DNA from: Enoplolaimus lenunculus
Lineage: Eukaryota
NCBI GenBank assembly: GCA_030248215.1
Contig: JASANG010003494.1
Location: 124,001 to 188,000 of the forward strand
Direction of reading: 5' to 3'
Length of the DNA stretch: 64,000 bases
A program made the position numbers and the translations under genes. The notes below the pieces were generated by a model that ran no database searches, was not told the origin of the DNA, and worked only from the letters and a program-made list of their open reading frames with translations. Positions 38,536 to 52,934 of this stretch are shown in pieces; the stretch's first letter is position 1; each line of letters opens with the position of its first letter.

Positions 38536-39309
38536 GAAAACTGGTAGTACTTGCTATTCGAACTTCAATCCACGTTTCAATGTTACGTAATTTTGGTTTG
38601 AAATTTCAATAATCGCATATATATTGCCTGTATAAGAAGGTAATATTTGCTGAGCCGACATGTCAAACAGCTGGTTTAATTTACACACTACTTTTATCTA
38701 TATTAACAATTTTTCATAGCCAACGTTCGGATTCGAATTCTTCAAAATCGCAACGGGATAAAGCACAAGCGGATAGTTTGATTTACTTACTTTCCAATTA
38801 AGCTAATAAGCAACTTAGTAGTTAGCTAACTATTTTACGGGATTACTCGCACCCAAAAACCCTTCAGTATCCCTAATAATGAGTGAAATAATTTTAAAAA
38901 TCCTAATTTACGCTTATCAGTTCAGCTAATATGAAAATAAGCTATTAGCTAACTATTCAATTATCGGTTTTGGAGGCTTTTATTCAGATTCCTCAAACCT
39001 GAAAACTTTTTTAGTATTGAAATTAGATTGCTGGTAACCCAAATAATTAGCGAAATTGTAAAAAGTCCTAATTTAGCCTTAACCAATATGCAAATTAGCC
39101 TTCAGCTAATTAAACGACGTAAAAATTTAAAAAATTGGTGCGATGTTCACACCCCAGGATCAACTGTCAAACGAAAAATTTATCAAAATCCGTTCGGGGG
39201 TTCGTAAGATTTTCGTCGGACTGGCATCCACCTTACGACCTTCGAGTTCGAAACATAAAATGCTTCGTGAAGCCCCGAGCGTCGCTCAACAAACTAAAAC
39301 CACACCTAC

Positions 39310-39488
39310 CTGACTATGTCGTCGACTTGCGCGAATCTGAGTGAAATGATCTGCCGCTGACAAGATTTCCATGGTCGCTGCAGCAACGTCCTCTGCGCGT
39401 CCTGTGATCACAAACATTGGCTCATCGCCACGTACTGGCGTTTTGATATAAGTGTTTGTCTTTGCACGCAGCGCTTTAATTTTGCAGC
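39310..39488 (-). CDS. mex-3: MEX-3 exon 2 (KH1)
   Basis: TTTTCAG| acceptor, phase 1. [35 protein letters not shown]...[13 protein letters not shown]. Donor CAG|GTAGGT. Confidence 0.96.
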
Positions 39489-40201
39489 CTGAAAATAACA
39501 ACGGAAAACATCACTGTTACGCGATCACCTTTTTAAAGGTTGCGCTATACTTGACATCCGGCATCGTCCCAAAGTAAATTGTGACAATATAGAGGGAAAT
39601 TTAAACAGAAAAGTATCGTTTTAAATGATAAATTTTCCCACAATCGAGGAATGACTTTGCTGTTGAGCAATATTGCTTATCTCAGAAGTGTAAGTTGACA
39701 ATTTCTGATATAAAAAATATATACATACATGCATTCTGGCAATTGTTAACACCTTGAGCAGTAGAACTGGCGAGTGATATACCGATTGATATAGCTTAAG
39801 TATAAAAAACTGCTAATTGTATACACAGCCAAAGTATATATGAGTGATTATATATGTGTGTCGTAGGCCAATCTGCAATTCAGGTCAAATAACGATTCTA
39901 AGATGTAGCAAAACAACAGTGATGTAAAACTAACGCTGATTGGTTAACGGTGTTGCGTCTGTCCAAATAATCAAATCTTATTGGTCTATAAGTTTAATAA
40001 CAGTTTAGCCTACGCGAAACTGCTATGGCGCAAAATAGCAGATTAGCCAAGGCCAATAAGTAATTGGTCTGAATAGCAGCTTGGCCTACAGCATATATAT
40101 AATTGTCAAACCGCAAAACTGTGAAAAACGATCATCCAAACGAATCAATGTTTATCGATATACAAAACAAATTTCGAGGCTGTACATATATATCTATCAA
40201 C

Positions 40202-40310
40202 CAGGATGCAACCGGAATTCAGGTTCCGGCATTTTTTCACCTTCCGGTTCCGGTTCCAGTAAAATTTTCAAATTCAGGTTATGGTAAATTGTAATTCCGG
40301 TTGCACCCTG
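40202..40310. mobile_element. Internally deleted CAGGGTGCAACCGG MITE
   Basis: Both TIRs present, TSD CTATCAAC/CTATCTAC. Confidence 0.8.
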
Positions 40311-41136
40311 CTATCTACGTATGTTAAATTGTCACACAACATCCCTCTATAACGACTGATCCCTAGTCACGCCAACCCTGACATCCTGACCCTCAACTCA
40401 TTTCCAACAAAAGGCTTTATATATTTGAACTGTTTTGTGAGCATCAATTGAAATTTTGAGTTAAATTAAGTTGACACGTAGCTTTTAAATGACGAACTCG
40501 AACATTATGTATTATAATTGTTTTGCGTTCATCTTTCAACGAAATTTCTCCACCCACTGATATATACTATTGAAATTTTTACATATTATACATATTATTC
40601 TTATTGTTAAGCATCAATTTAAACTGTCAGCAAACAGTAATACTATAATTGCTGTCAACGACAAGAATTGTACGTCGTATGTACTTATACTTACACTTAC
40701 TTGACTACTTAAAGGCGGATCGAGAATATTTTCACGAAAAGGGTGGAAAACAACGATTGTTCGAACTGCAGATTCTTCTGTGAAACACATTGGGCGATAG
40801 GCGCAAGCATGTTTTGCAACGTTGTAAAATTGCAAAAACGCTCATATCGAAATAACAATTTTTTAAAGACAAAGTGTCCCATGTTTAAATGATTAAGGCA
40901 TCATTTGCGACAAAACCGTAAAAATTCCCGTTCCTGCACCTTTACATGCAGAAACAGGAACAGGAATTGAATTTTTGCAGGCATTCTGGCCGGAACAGGA
41001 ATATATCCGGTTGAACCTTATCAGCGCTCCAACAAAGGACAGGAATTGAATTTTTGTCTGACCAACAAAAACCAAACTTAAAACTATTTCGATACTTGTT
41101 TAGTTTCCGCACACACTAGAGTTAATTATGTATGAG

Positions 41137-41529
41137 CAGGGTTCCAACCGGAACAAGATTTTGTCGGAAGTGGAATCGGAATCAAATTTTTCTGTCGGAA
41201 TCGGAATCAAGTTTTAGTAATTCTATTAAAAAGTTAAAGGTGTATGACTTTTAACTTTTATTGCAGTTTGCCTGGTTCCGTTACTGTTCACAGTTTCAGT
41301 AAAAATTGTTCTATAGTTGACGGAATACACTAAGAACTCGGAATTCTTACTATGAAAAAAACCAACAGAATAATTGCAAATGAAAGAAACGAAACAAGCA
41401 AAATCTAAGTTCATTCATCTTAAAAACTCATAACCGAAAAATCAGAATTCCGGTATCGGGCCGGAATCGGAATCGGAAGTCAAATTTTGCCGGAATTTTA
41501 GCCGGAATCGGAATTCCGATGGAACCCTG
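41137..41529. mobile_element. hAT-like MITE (CAGGGTTCCA...TGGAACCCTG)
   Basis: Perfect 8-bp TSD TGTATGAG, GGAATC repeats. A relative lies at ~54365-54750. Confidence 0.85.
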
Positions 41530-41804
41530 TGTATGAGTATATTTTTTTCAACCACAGTGCTTTAAATCATGGCACTATTCCAACAACTTTTGCACGTATA
41601 TATACTTAAAATTTCATGTAAACAAAAACAAACGTAAACAAACTAACAATGGTGCTTGACTGCACCGCTGAAGAACAACGATGCTGCGATACTATAAACA
41701 AAACAAGGGCAACTGGGTTGTGGCCGAGGTACATACGATACGTAGAATACTATCTTAAGCGGGTCTGTGAAACACTGCGCGTCAGTAAAATATTATATAC
41801 ACAA

Positions 41805-42159
41805 CAGGGTGCAACCGGAATTCCGGTTCCGGCATTTTTTCACCTTCCGGTTCCGGTAAATTTTTACCGGATTTAAAAATTCCGGTGTTATAATTTGGCC
41901 GTTTTCTTAACTTTGCTAATTTTTAAGAATCTCTTTTGAAAGCCACTTGTACTCCGAATATAAGCCATTGATGGTGGATTTCACTTCAGACAAATAAAAT
42001 AAATACCTATGTTCGACTAAGGTTGTTTCACAAATGATAGAGCAAAAAATACGATTAAAATGAAATTTTTGGTGTAATGCATTTTCCACTTTCCGGTTCC
42101 GGTTCCGGTAAAATTTTCAAATTCCGGTTCCGGTAAATTGTAATTCCGGTTGCACCCTG
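41805..42159. mobile_element. hAT-like MITE, CAGGGTGCAACCGG family
   Basis: TIR CAGGGTGCAACCGGAATT, subterminal (CCGGTT)n, TSD ATACACAA/ATATACAA. Confidence 0.9.
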
Positions 42160-43251
42160 ATATACAATGACCCAGAAATTCGTCAACATCGTACACATAC
42201 AACATTAATACGATTGCACAATATGTACCATCTCCTAACGTAAACATACCAATTGATTATCCTTACGATACAAACATATATAGGTCACAACCCCATATGT
42301 CCTATTCCCATATATACACAACACCAATCATTACCTCTGCTACCGAATAATGGTCACCGAAGCTTTTGAGCGTTGGTTGGTTTGTTCTAGAAACTTTCGA
42401 GTTGACGCAACGCACACAAACTTAACCAGAATTACAAATTCCAACCATATAAACAATGAATGATTCATTATGAAATAGTTTGGTCTCTGTTTTATACTTT
42501 CTTGAGGGGCGTTCGTTTACTCGCTACCGCGGGTCACTAGTAGACTAGGCTGATTAGTTTTAGACTTATTTCTTCACGCTGTCGCTTAGTTAACATTTGA
42601 CTTCAAAAGTGGAAACATTGATAAAACTGTTTATCAATTTTCCAACAATAGTTGTTGTTGTTGTTGGTGATTTCCATATCTTACAATATCCCGTAGAGTA
42701 ACTGCGAAATCAGACCTTTATATACACCGTATCCCTTATTCGAAACTATGATCCCTACGTCGGCAAGTCATTCAAGTTCCACCAATTCACCCACACACCA
42801 CAAAAACGTCACGTTTAACATATTCAATAAACCGGAATGATAGTTACAAATAAAGAAGCTGTACGTAAATCTCGTATTTCTATATTTTCAGCAAACCCGC
42901 CCGGAAGCAGTTGTAAGCACTTATGTGTATCAACCCCTTTAGATCACTATTCGACAACACTGTCGCGTTAGTGGACTATACAGCTCAACCTACTGTTCAA
43001 GCAAGTTGGCCAGCCTCAAAGCGACTTGCAGTGACTATATATTTGTACGTATATATACATAATATATACAATGCGTACAAATATTTATATACATAGTATT
43101 CCTCTATACAGGGTCATAGCCTGAATTTTATTTTGAGAGAGCGAATAAAATTTTTTCAAATCTGGAGTTTTACAGGATAAAGCTAGTAAAAAGAACTTTT
43201 TTTGTCATTTCTCCAGAAATTTCCAGTAGACATATGCCGTTATCCTGGCTT

Positions 43252-43648
43252 CAGGGTGCAACCGGAATTCCGGTTCCGGTTCCGGCATTTTTTCACCTTC
43301 CGGTTCCGGTTCCGGTAAATTTTTACCGGATTTAAAAATTCCGGTATTATAATTTGGCCGTTTTCTTAACTTTGCTAATTTTTAAGAATCTCTTTTGAAA
43401 GCCACTTGTACTCCGAATATAAGCCATTGATGGTGGATTTCACTTCAGTCGATGATGAAAATCTAAAATACAACAAATAAAATAAATACCTATGTTCGAC
43501 TAAGGTTATTTCACAAATAATAGAGCAAAAAATAAGATTAAAATGAAATTTTTGGTGAAATGCATTTTTCATTTTCCGGTTCCGGTTCCGGTAAAATTTT
43601 CAAATTCCGGTTCCGGTTCCGGTAAATTGTAATTCCGGTTGCACCCTG
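43252..43648. mobile_element. hAT-like MITE, CAGGGTGCAACCGG family (young copy)
   Basis: Perfect 8-bp TSD CCTGGCTT, nearly identical to 62455-62851. Confidence 0.93.
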
Positions 43649-44604
43649 CCTGGCTTGCATACACCGCTGGTCACATACGTACAAACAATGTGTGTATATA
43701 TAGTATATATGTTAATGTTCATACATATATACACACATACAATATTAGTGTGACCATTAGGCGGCGACAAAAGAAGCCAGCCGGCTGGACGGCGCGGCAG
43801 TATCAGGCACAGACCAGCACGGTCTACCTGAATGGTGCATGTCGCAAATACACACATTATTAGCGTTCTCATCTATCGATATATAAATATAATATAAATA
43901 TATAATATAAATATATATATCCACGGCAAATAGTATAAATACCATCCATTAACGCGATACACAAAATTTACCATACGTCCACACACGTGTGTGCTGATGT
44001 GCAGGTACACATTTAAAAAATCACATTTCGTCTTTGATCACGCCGAAATATCGAATCAAAGAGCGTTTGAGATACACGTCCCTAAGGATCGCATGGATGT
44101 AACAGAGTCAAATTGTTGTTACCCTGGAAACGGACCTTTATCAACTGGAGTACAGTTTACAGTATCACAACGATTTGTCATCCGAATCCTTGCAATCCAA
44201 AATTTCATCGACTCGATAATTCGTAGCGAGTCATATGCTTAAGCGTGCGTACACTTAGGATTATGCCTAGATTTATCCATAGGCTTTAGGACACAATTGG
44301 TCAATGAAATTACGTATCCATCTTCTTCCTTATGAACCGGAATATATACCTGCGCTGGCGAAGTATCTTGTTCTAAAAATACGTAGATACGTTAATTCCA
44401 CTCTCAAGACCAAATGTTTTAATTATTACTAACACGCCAACTATGATTGCTGCGTGTCTATGACCTTTGAACTGTGCTATTTCTCACATCCTCTTCATAA
44501 CTTTGTCAAATACACAAATTCCCAACCTCCAAAGCTATAATTTTAACAAACCCAATCAATCCGCCCCTCCCTCAACAGTTTAACATTTCTTACTATACAT
44601 TTAC

Positions 44605-44870
44605 TATTCATATGCCCTTTGAACTTTACTATTTCAAGCATCGACCCTCACAAATCATTCAAAATCATTTTTTGAACCAGTAACAATTTATTGACCAACC
44701 CCCAATCCGACCCCGCTATCCATAGTACACACATACTCTCTAGTCTAATTATATACTTCATATTCAAATGCCCTTTGAACTTTACTATTTCAAGCATCGA
44801 CCCTCACAAATCACTCAATATCATTTTTTTGAACCAGTAACAACTTATTGACCGAATACCCGACGCCGCT
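44605..44870. repeat. Local direct duplication, ~156-bp offset
   Basis: TGCCCTTTGAACTTTACTATTTCAAGCATCGACCCTCACAAATCA at 44613 and 44769. Confidence 0.85.
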
Positions 44871-45304
44871 AGCTGTTTACTAGTTGTCCTGGCACTACCG
44901 GTCTGTCTCGACACAAAATCTTTAGCTGACACTCAGCAATACTACGTACGTATATAAATATATATTCCATAGTTAGTTAGCTAGTTTGCTAGCACCACAA
45001 ACGCCAAACGTACTCTATCTCAGTTCGCTTTCAAATCCATTCCACTTTGTGCATCATAAAGTAAAGCTGAAAAAACCCACCCACTTGCCGCATTCCGCAT
45101 TATGAGTCTAACTGTGAGGCATTGCACTGTCTGGTTATGCATGCTATATATACCTATATTTATCTAGACACAATTCTCACGGTCCAAAAACTTATAAACA
45201 AAAGCTCAGCGTAATGAACTTAGGCCTTGACTTTAAAAATTGGCTCTATGATGAGAACAGGGTACAAGTACCGCGATACAATAAGCATATACAGCAGTGA
45301 CAAC

Positions 45305-45682
45305 CAGGGTGAAACCGGAATTGTGATTCAAAACGAGTTCCGATTGCGCAATCAATCGGAATCGGAATTTTGACATTTTAATTTTAAGCATACTGGTTGT
45401 GATACGTTGAATAACAATTCTGTTATTTATCTATTAAACTGCATTCGATGAGTTAACTTATCAATAATTAATTGTAGATTAGGTTTTACAGAACCAAAAA
45501 TCGTCGTCAACTTGTTCATGCAACTTTTTTGAAAATTGTTGCCATCCAACAGACACCCTAAATCAAAATGATATGTATCAATACAAATTATCCGTAGTCA
45601 CAAAATTTCTAGTTCTGATTCCGATATAAATTTGCTGTTCCAACTCCGATTCCAGTATAATCCAGTTCCACTCTGCACCCTG
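45305..45682. mobile_element. hAT-like MITE, reversed homolog of 17247-17582 / 58347-58682
   Basis: CAGGGTG...CACCCTG ends and shared internal sequence. Confidence 0.7.
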
Positions 45683-47087
45683 AAGACAACCTAAGCAATG
45701 TGTTAACATTTCCCTCCACCATGGTTCCACCAGAATTCCTTCAAAAAATAGAGTGCAACCAGAATTATAAAATACCGGAACCGGGACTGCAAAACCAAAA
45801 ATATTTGTTACCAAAAAATTCATTTTAACGCTATTTTATCAATTGGGTAAACACACCATTAAGGATGTCCAAATCCCGCAACAATGGAGTATATAGCTGA
45901 AAACATACGATAAATTATGCAGTATGGCACAAATTGAAATTTTCGCAATACATGCTTAGACATTAAAAATGAGTTAGAATAATGTCAATTTTTCATAAAT
46001 TTTCAAACAAGAAAAATTTTTAGTACCGAAAATACCGGTGAAAAAATCCTGCATATATTACAACCGGAATTTCGGTTGCACCCTGACTGGAAGGTACTGT
46101 CGTTATACATATTTATCAATTGCCCAAACCTAAACGTCCGGCAACCATGTTAGACGTATAATATATATTTACGTTTCGTATTTACAATATCCCAAATGCC
46201 GCAACCAATCAAACGTCTATATACCTCCTCAGTCAATCATTCATCACATTGTGACAACTTGCATTGTTCTTTCGTCTTCCAGACGATATTATACTTATAA
46301 ATCCGTACCACTCCCTGTCAGCTCAGACCAGAGGAGGATATACGTACGACTGCGTTGGGTGTATGTACATAGTTCTGCACGTGCGCAATATAAAAAACAA
46401 ACACACCCCGCCTGCCTCATTTAATATGCGCATGCACCTGTGGGGCTCAGCCAGAATTTCAGCAACGGCGTAGATGCCATTTTATGTCCAATTTCGAAAG
46501 GGGGGAGTTCTTGCGTTATTACCTGAACAATTTCATAAAAAAACATCCCCTCGACCAAATCACAAACGAACACCCCGGCCGACTGTTAAAACCATCCTTG
46601 CCTACACCCTTTACCCATACATACGTAATACATATATAACCACACGCATACATATATGTAAAATAATCACTCTGTTGCTTTATGTGATACGTACTCATAT
46701 GAACAAAAAACGATTATATAAAAAATAATTGTCTGTGCACAAAGTCTCGTCATTACGACACTCAGCAGACAGACACTAATTATACACGGCAGACACAGAC
46801 TAGGCGATAACTGGCGTTGTATCAAGCATGTCGGCTTTTGCGTCATGCACCAGTCGCACGAATCAGAACAAATCTGGAACAGCCAGGTACCACCATCATT
46901 GTCTTAAAATCAACCGTCTTTCAAAAATAACACTTAAACAGCAGTAATTAATATGTATGTATGTATGTAGGCCATAAGCTTATAAACAATAGCGATCAAA
47001 ACAATCAAAACAAACGACAAACAATTCGACCGGATTACGAGATGACTCTCTATGATCAAGTGTTTGCCAAAAACATTGCACTGTTAG

Positions 47088-47495
47088 CAGGGTGCAAACG
47101 GAATTCCGGTTCCGGTTCCGGCATTTTTTCACCTTCCGGTTCCGGTAAATTTTTACCGGATTTAAAAAATTCCGGTATTATAATTTGGCCGCTTTCTTAA
47201 CTTTGCTAATTTTTAAGAATCTCTTTAGAAAGCCACTTGTACTCCGAATATAAGCCATTGATGGTGGATTTCACTTCGGCCGACGACGAAAATCTAAAAT
47301 ACAACCAATAAAATAAATACCTATGTTCGACTAAGGTTATTTCACAAATAATAGAGCAAAATATAAGATTAAAATGAAATTTTTGGTGAAATGCATTTTT
47401 CACTTTCCGGTTCCGGTAAAATTTTCAAATTCCGGTTCCGGTTCCGGTAAATTGTAATTCCCGTTCCGGTAAATTGTAATTCCGGTTGCACCCTG
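47088..47495. mobile_element. hAT-like MITE, CAGGGTGCAACCGG family
   Basis: Same body as 43252-43648, flanks ACTGTTAG/ATTATTAG. Confidence 0.9.
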
Positions 47496-48258
47496 ATTAT
47501 TAGTGATCATATTTGACTGTGTACCCGTCGTCGAGTTTTGCTACAAATTAAATATACAACTGCTAGCGAACACCATCCCCATTTGACCAAAATATCTCGC
47601 TACATACTGTCGAAGCTTAAACTAACTTGATTAAGGCTTAAGCTAACCCAGCGCCATTAAACTAACTTTCTTGATTAACTAAACTAACATGTAAACTTCC
47701 GTTTAAACTCATTTAAAATCATACACATTGTTAGCGTACGCTGAACTAAACGAACTCTTCGATTATACGTAATTTATGGATACAATTGTTATTTACACCA
47801 AGCATACTTTCTTAAAAAATAAAATTAAACACGCTCTTACGTATCACAGCTTCGATTATTCGCTTTATCAATAATGCTAATAGTAAACATCGAGTAAGTA
47901 GGGGAGTTAAGTTTCAAGCGACATTCGAAAGTCGTTGATAAAATTGATAACAATCGAACAATTAAAATGCGAGTTGAACGGACCTAAATTTTTGAAATGA
48001 GGACTTTTTACGGACCCACAAGGACTCGTTAGAACGAAAATGGTCGCGCAGCCAAGCGGCGATCGACGGCGGGCGACTCACGCGTGCGAGAACATAATTT
48101 TGGCCCATCACGCGAAGGCGAAGTTTTTTGCTGCCCAAATTGCACAATCTCTCAACACGACATTACTTAAAAATCTTTTGTCACCTTGCGTGTTGGTGGA
48201 CTCGCTTGCCGGCTCAATCTCAACTGGTAGCTTTGAACAGTCTACGCCGCGGACTCAC

Positions 48259-48539
48259 CTTGACGTCCAACAATCTCAGCGACATGCTCTGAACTGGGCA
48301 CAGGCACACATTCGGTTGTGTTCAGAGACGCACGGCATTTGAGCATGAGCAACTGCTGCTGTTGCTGTTGCATCAACATTGCAGCATGCTCGAATTGCAA
48401 TCCAGCAGCAGCGTTCGCATCAGTCGCCAACGCCGCCACAATTCCATTGCCTTCCAGTTGTGCTGCAAAATCAATCGTTTCGTCTTTCGCAGCCGAATAC
48501 ACCGTTGCTTCTACTTTATTATTATTGTTATTGTTGTGG

Positions 48540-48583
<44 letters not shown>

Positions 48584-49057
48584 GCTGCTGCTGCTGTTAT
48601 TGTCATTCTCGTTATTGTTTTTATTGCTAATGTATTCTCCACCGTCATTGAGATCATCATTTGAGTCTGCATCGTTCGTCAGTTCGCCGTTTGTTCGACG
48701 CCCGCCTTCAACGCGATCTTTCGTCTGTTCACCGGTACCACTGAGCACCGACGACAGCTGATATGCAAGGGCAATTGCCATCCCATCGGACCTGCTACTA
48801 CTACCACCACCAGCAGCCACCGCACCATCCACTCCCGCCGCCTCTGAAGTCGCCGCAACGGTCGATACTGGCTCGCCGGAATGCAATCCGATTTGGTCAC
48901 CGCAACTGGACGTAGTTTTTGATGTCGCCGACACTACGCTACAGTTACGCATTGGATTACTTGCACTTGTGTCTAAATTGCGTTTATCGAGCATACTGAA
49001 TGCAGACGCATTCGCGTTGAGCATAGTTGTCGACGCCCCTGAGTCTAGAAGATGCAT
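48259..49057 (-). CDS. mex-3: MEX-3 first coding exon (poly-Asn/Gln N-terminus, start of KH1)
   Basis: ATG at 49057 with an in-frame stop just upstream. Ends NTTECVPVPSSEHVAEIVGRQ-G, a MEX-3 signature. Donor AAG|GTGAGT, phase 1, followed by an ~8.8-kb intron. Confidence 0.92.
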
Positions 49058-49397
49058 TAGGCAATTGTTAATGAGATCGATGCAATGATAAATAAGGCTC
49101 GTTTGTGTTTACGCACACACTGGTTTTGATCGTTTCGCGTTTCGACGACAACAAACCAAAATTTAGTTTATGCATATAAATAGCGTTTGCGTTTTAGTGC
49201 ACTACTTGATTTCTAGGCTCCAGTAATACTTGGCACTGTCGGTTAAATACGGTCCCTAAATTATGCAATCTAGAACAACAGATACGTAAAAATCAAATAG
49301 CAATATAGTAAAACATTAGTATATACACGACATGTAGGCAGACAAATTACTTTTTATAATTTGTGTTTCGTTTGCGCATTTGTTATATTTTAAAGTA

Positions 49398-49708
49398 CTC
49401 TCTAAAAGCTTAAACTAACTTGATTTAAGTTTAAGCTAATCCAGCATTATCATACTAAGTTTCTAGAATAACTGAACTAATATTAGGTTTACGCTTAAAC
49501 TAATAGTGAACTTTTTGATACGCATAATTTCTCAGCTGCACTTGTTACTTAATCTAAAAATAAGCTTACTTAAACTCGTGTTAAACTTAAATACATGTTA
49601 GTTTAAGTAAAACTTAAAATTCTAGTTCAATTAGTCCGTCCAGCCATTTAAGTTTTACTTAAACTGATATTCAAGTTTAGTTAAGCTGTAATTTAAGTTT
49701 TTAGAGAG
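49398..49708. mobile_element. TA-flanked inverted-repeat MITE
   Basis: TA|CTCTCTAAAAGCTTAAA...TTTAAGTTTTTAGAGAG|TA. Partial relative at ~47605-47760. Confidence 0.7.
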
Positions 49709-50549
49709 TACGTATTCGACCGAATACCGAAACCGGACAGAATTTTTTTGGAGGAACAAATTATCAACCGTATATATCATCAAAATTTTTTGGAATTTGA
49801 AGCATTTGAGTTGCACAAAAGTAAAAGTTCATTGAATTACGACGTGATTGTTAGCTTGACTTTTATATTCTTGAGTATCCAAAAAAGTTGAAGTTTTTAC
49901 TTGACCAAAAAATGCAATCGCAGCACAATGTTAAAGATGCAGAATTGAACAAAAGCAGTTGTATAAAATTCGAAACCACTTCCATAAATATCCGGCAGAT
50001 TTATACCGGATACTGGAACCGGATCTCGGTTTTGCCGACCTTTAAACCGGATACTGATAACTAGTCACATCGTGGTCAGGTCCTATACAATGTCGAAAGG
50101 TGGGGGTTCTTGTGTTACAACCGACAAAGTGTTTAAAACAATTCCAGCACAAAATCGCCAACGAGGGTTGATCCGTGAAACCCCTGGCAGCACCCTTTAA
50201 ATAACCAAGCGGTTTGGTACGTTTCCCAAGCTTCACTATTCTAACAAAGACAGCTAAAAATACTAAAACATCCATAATCAATGTACAAGTCTACGCTCTC
50301 ACAACTCAACCCAGCGTTTCAACCATGAAACGAAACGATAAAATATTAGGAACCACGAATATAACATTCTCGTTCGCAGAAAAAATCTCAACTGCAGCGT
50401 TTGGTTTCAACCGCAAAAATAGCATTCGTACGTCACTCAGAATCGATTTGCAAAATTCTATGAAACCCGCAACAACAACCGCAGGTTAAAACTTATTCTA
50501 CGTACATGATAAACTTCAGTTAAATATGAAAAATTAACAGCAACACAAA

Positions 50550-50592
50550 ACACAACAACAACAACAACAACAACTGCAACAACAACAACTGC

Positions 50593-50623
<31 letters not shown>

Positions 50624-50625
50624 CA
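50550..50625. repeat. (AAC)n microsatellite
   Basis: Direct reading. A similar tract lies at 57800-57870. Confidence 0.9.
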
Positions 50626-51821
50626 AAATACTTAAAATTCACCAAAATCCGCGAGTTCATCGGCGGAAATTCCAACTCGCAGAACTGAATGGAAAATATT
50701 ATTATTTAAAAAAACAGTTTGTCTGCGACTCTGTTAAGGTTAACTATGCATAAAATATCAGTGTTTGAGAGCCTTTATTCTGCCATGATCAACGCACGGA
50801 CCCATGCATGCGTAGAAGGCAGTAAACACGCGCATAAAGCGTCGAATTCAATATATAAACACGAACGTACGTTGTTTATACATACGTCCACATAAAATTA
50901 ACTTCGTCTCAATTACGAGTTGTTTTGATATCGGAAACGGAAACCATTTTCACCTCAAAAATGCGTATAAACAATATTAAAAATCACAAGGTTCGTTACA
51001 ATAGTAAACATTATTTCCGGTATACAATACATGAATATTGATCGAATTTGTAAATGACGAAAAAACTTTGTGACAAATTTTTGAACGCTTTGCAAACAAA
51101 ATTATCAACAGTGACATTGAACAGAAGTATTATTTTTGGGCAAATTGGAAAGCTAACCAATCAACGTCGATTACAGTTTGTCCCGTGCACGGGATTTTGG
51201 GCTAGCGACGGAACCGATAAATATTGCTGTAAAAATTGAACTTGAAACTACGCTGTTCTTGTAACTGTAAGTAAGAACAATGTTTTCAAATAATCGGGAC
51301 TATTCGTGAGTATCGGCATCGGCATCAGCATCAGCACTGCCAAAAAAATTGCCGATTCTCTGCCTATACTTTTTGCACATATAACAGTCAGTTGGAATGC
51401 TATCAGCTTCATTTCTGGGCGCATATCTGCGTATCTGATCAAGAAAACTGTTTGTGTTTGAAAAAATTAATTCAAATGAACCATTCGTATCAAATTCTAA
51501 TCGTTTATGATGGTTAGGATTTAAGTATTCATATACGTAACGATGTAATTTAGTATACTATCTGTTTATTGAGCATGGTGTACTAAATGTGGAATAAACA
51601 TCGGCTTCGGCAAAATTTCAAAATAAGAATGGGCACATCTCTATTTATAATGAATGTAATAAGATGATTTATAAAGTTTTCACACGACAGAAGTACTAGC
51701 ACTCTTAGCTCTTCAACAGGCCCAGGGGCCGGAGCATCTCAAGCCACGACCGTCTCCAGATCAAATGAAATAAACAACGTCAGCTAACGTATAAATCACA
51801 TCAAAATACCACGGTCATAAA

Positions 51822-52005
51822 CGAGGTTGCAAACCAAAGCTGAAACAACAAATAACCTACAAAACGCCGCCAAACCCTTAATTTTAAGCTTCTTTACGTG
51901 ATTACTCGGCAACGCGAGGTTGCAAACCAAAGCTGAAACAACAAATAACCTACAAAATGCAGCCAAACCCTTAATTTTAAGCTTCTTTACGTGATTACTC
52001 GGCAA
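51822..52005. repeat. 93-bp tandem duplication
   Basis: CGAGGTTGCAAACCAAAGCTGAAAC at 51822 and 51915. Confidence 0.92.
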
Positions 52006-52934
52006 TTGAAGTTTGCATTATTGCCCCAGTTACAAACTAAAAATATATTTTTCTCATTCTCATATTTACCAATACTTCTTCAACCAAACTGAGTATGTCA
52101 GACAGCAAAATCGACCACGCGAACAACGTTTTCACTTCAACACCTGCTCCCTCACCCACCCGGACCTCACTCGACTACTCCATTGACAATTGACACAACC
52201 CATAACAATACACTACACACGAAGCGTTTAATAGCAATCTGGTGACTTGCGAATGAAATTATCACCATCCATATTTTGAAATTTTAAAAAACGACGAGTA
52301 GGTTTTTAAAAATATATCAATACAACAACGTATCAGAAACACAAATAATTGTAACAGCAATAGCAGATGGCAAGACCATTTCAATGCAAAACCTTTCAGT
52401 TTATCAGCGCTTTAAAAACAATGCTTACGTATATAATAATGCTCTGTTGCACTAAAATTGAAAATTGGAATTTTAAATAAATAATGAACATTGTAGTTAA
52501 CATCTGCTTGGTCACTGGCAAACTTGAGCTGGCGGCTGTCTATTTTTATTTTTTATATAGAAAACTATCTTCCAATTACGTACGTATACTAAGTTTGTTG
52601 TCGGCTCTTGGTCTGGATGTTTAGCATGAACAACTTGTAGAAAAAAATGCGCCAGCCCAAAACCCACTGTGTATTGTCAAGGAAACATATTTGTCTTTAT
52701 TGTACGTACCCAAAGCGACAACCTAAGACTAAGTAAACCTTTAGTATACTACACCACTCACATGAGTAGGCTTACGTTTTATAAGAAAACTTTTGCCTAA
52801 GCATGGTCTGAGCCAAAGCCATAACTTTAAATTTGGGAACAGTGAGTGCCAGAACCATTCGTTCAGCAAGCTAAAATTAAAAATTCTAACCAAAGTATAA
52901 TGATGTCAATTAAAGCCGAAATATGTGCTATAGG

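Noticed and set aside
48318..48761. Poly-Leu/Val/Cys ORFs (also 57778-58032)
   Set aside because: Antisense or alternate-frame readings of (AAC)n tracts.
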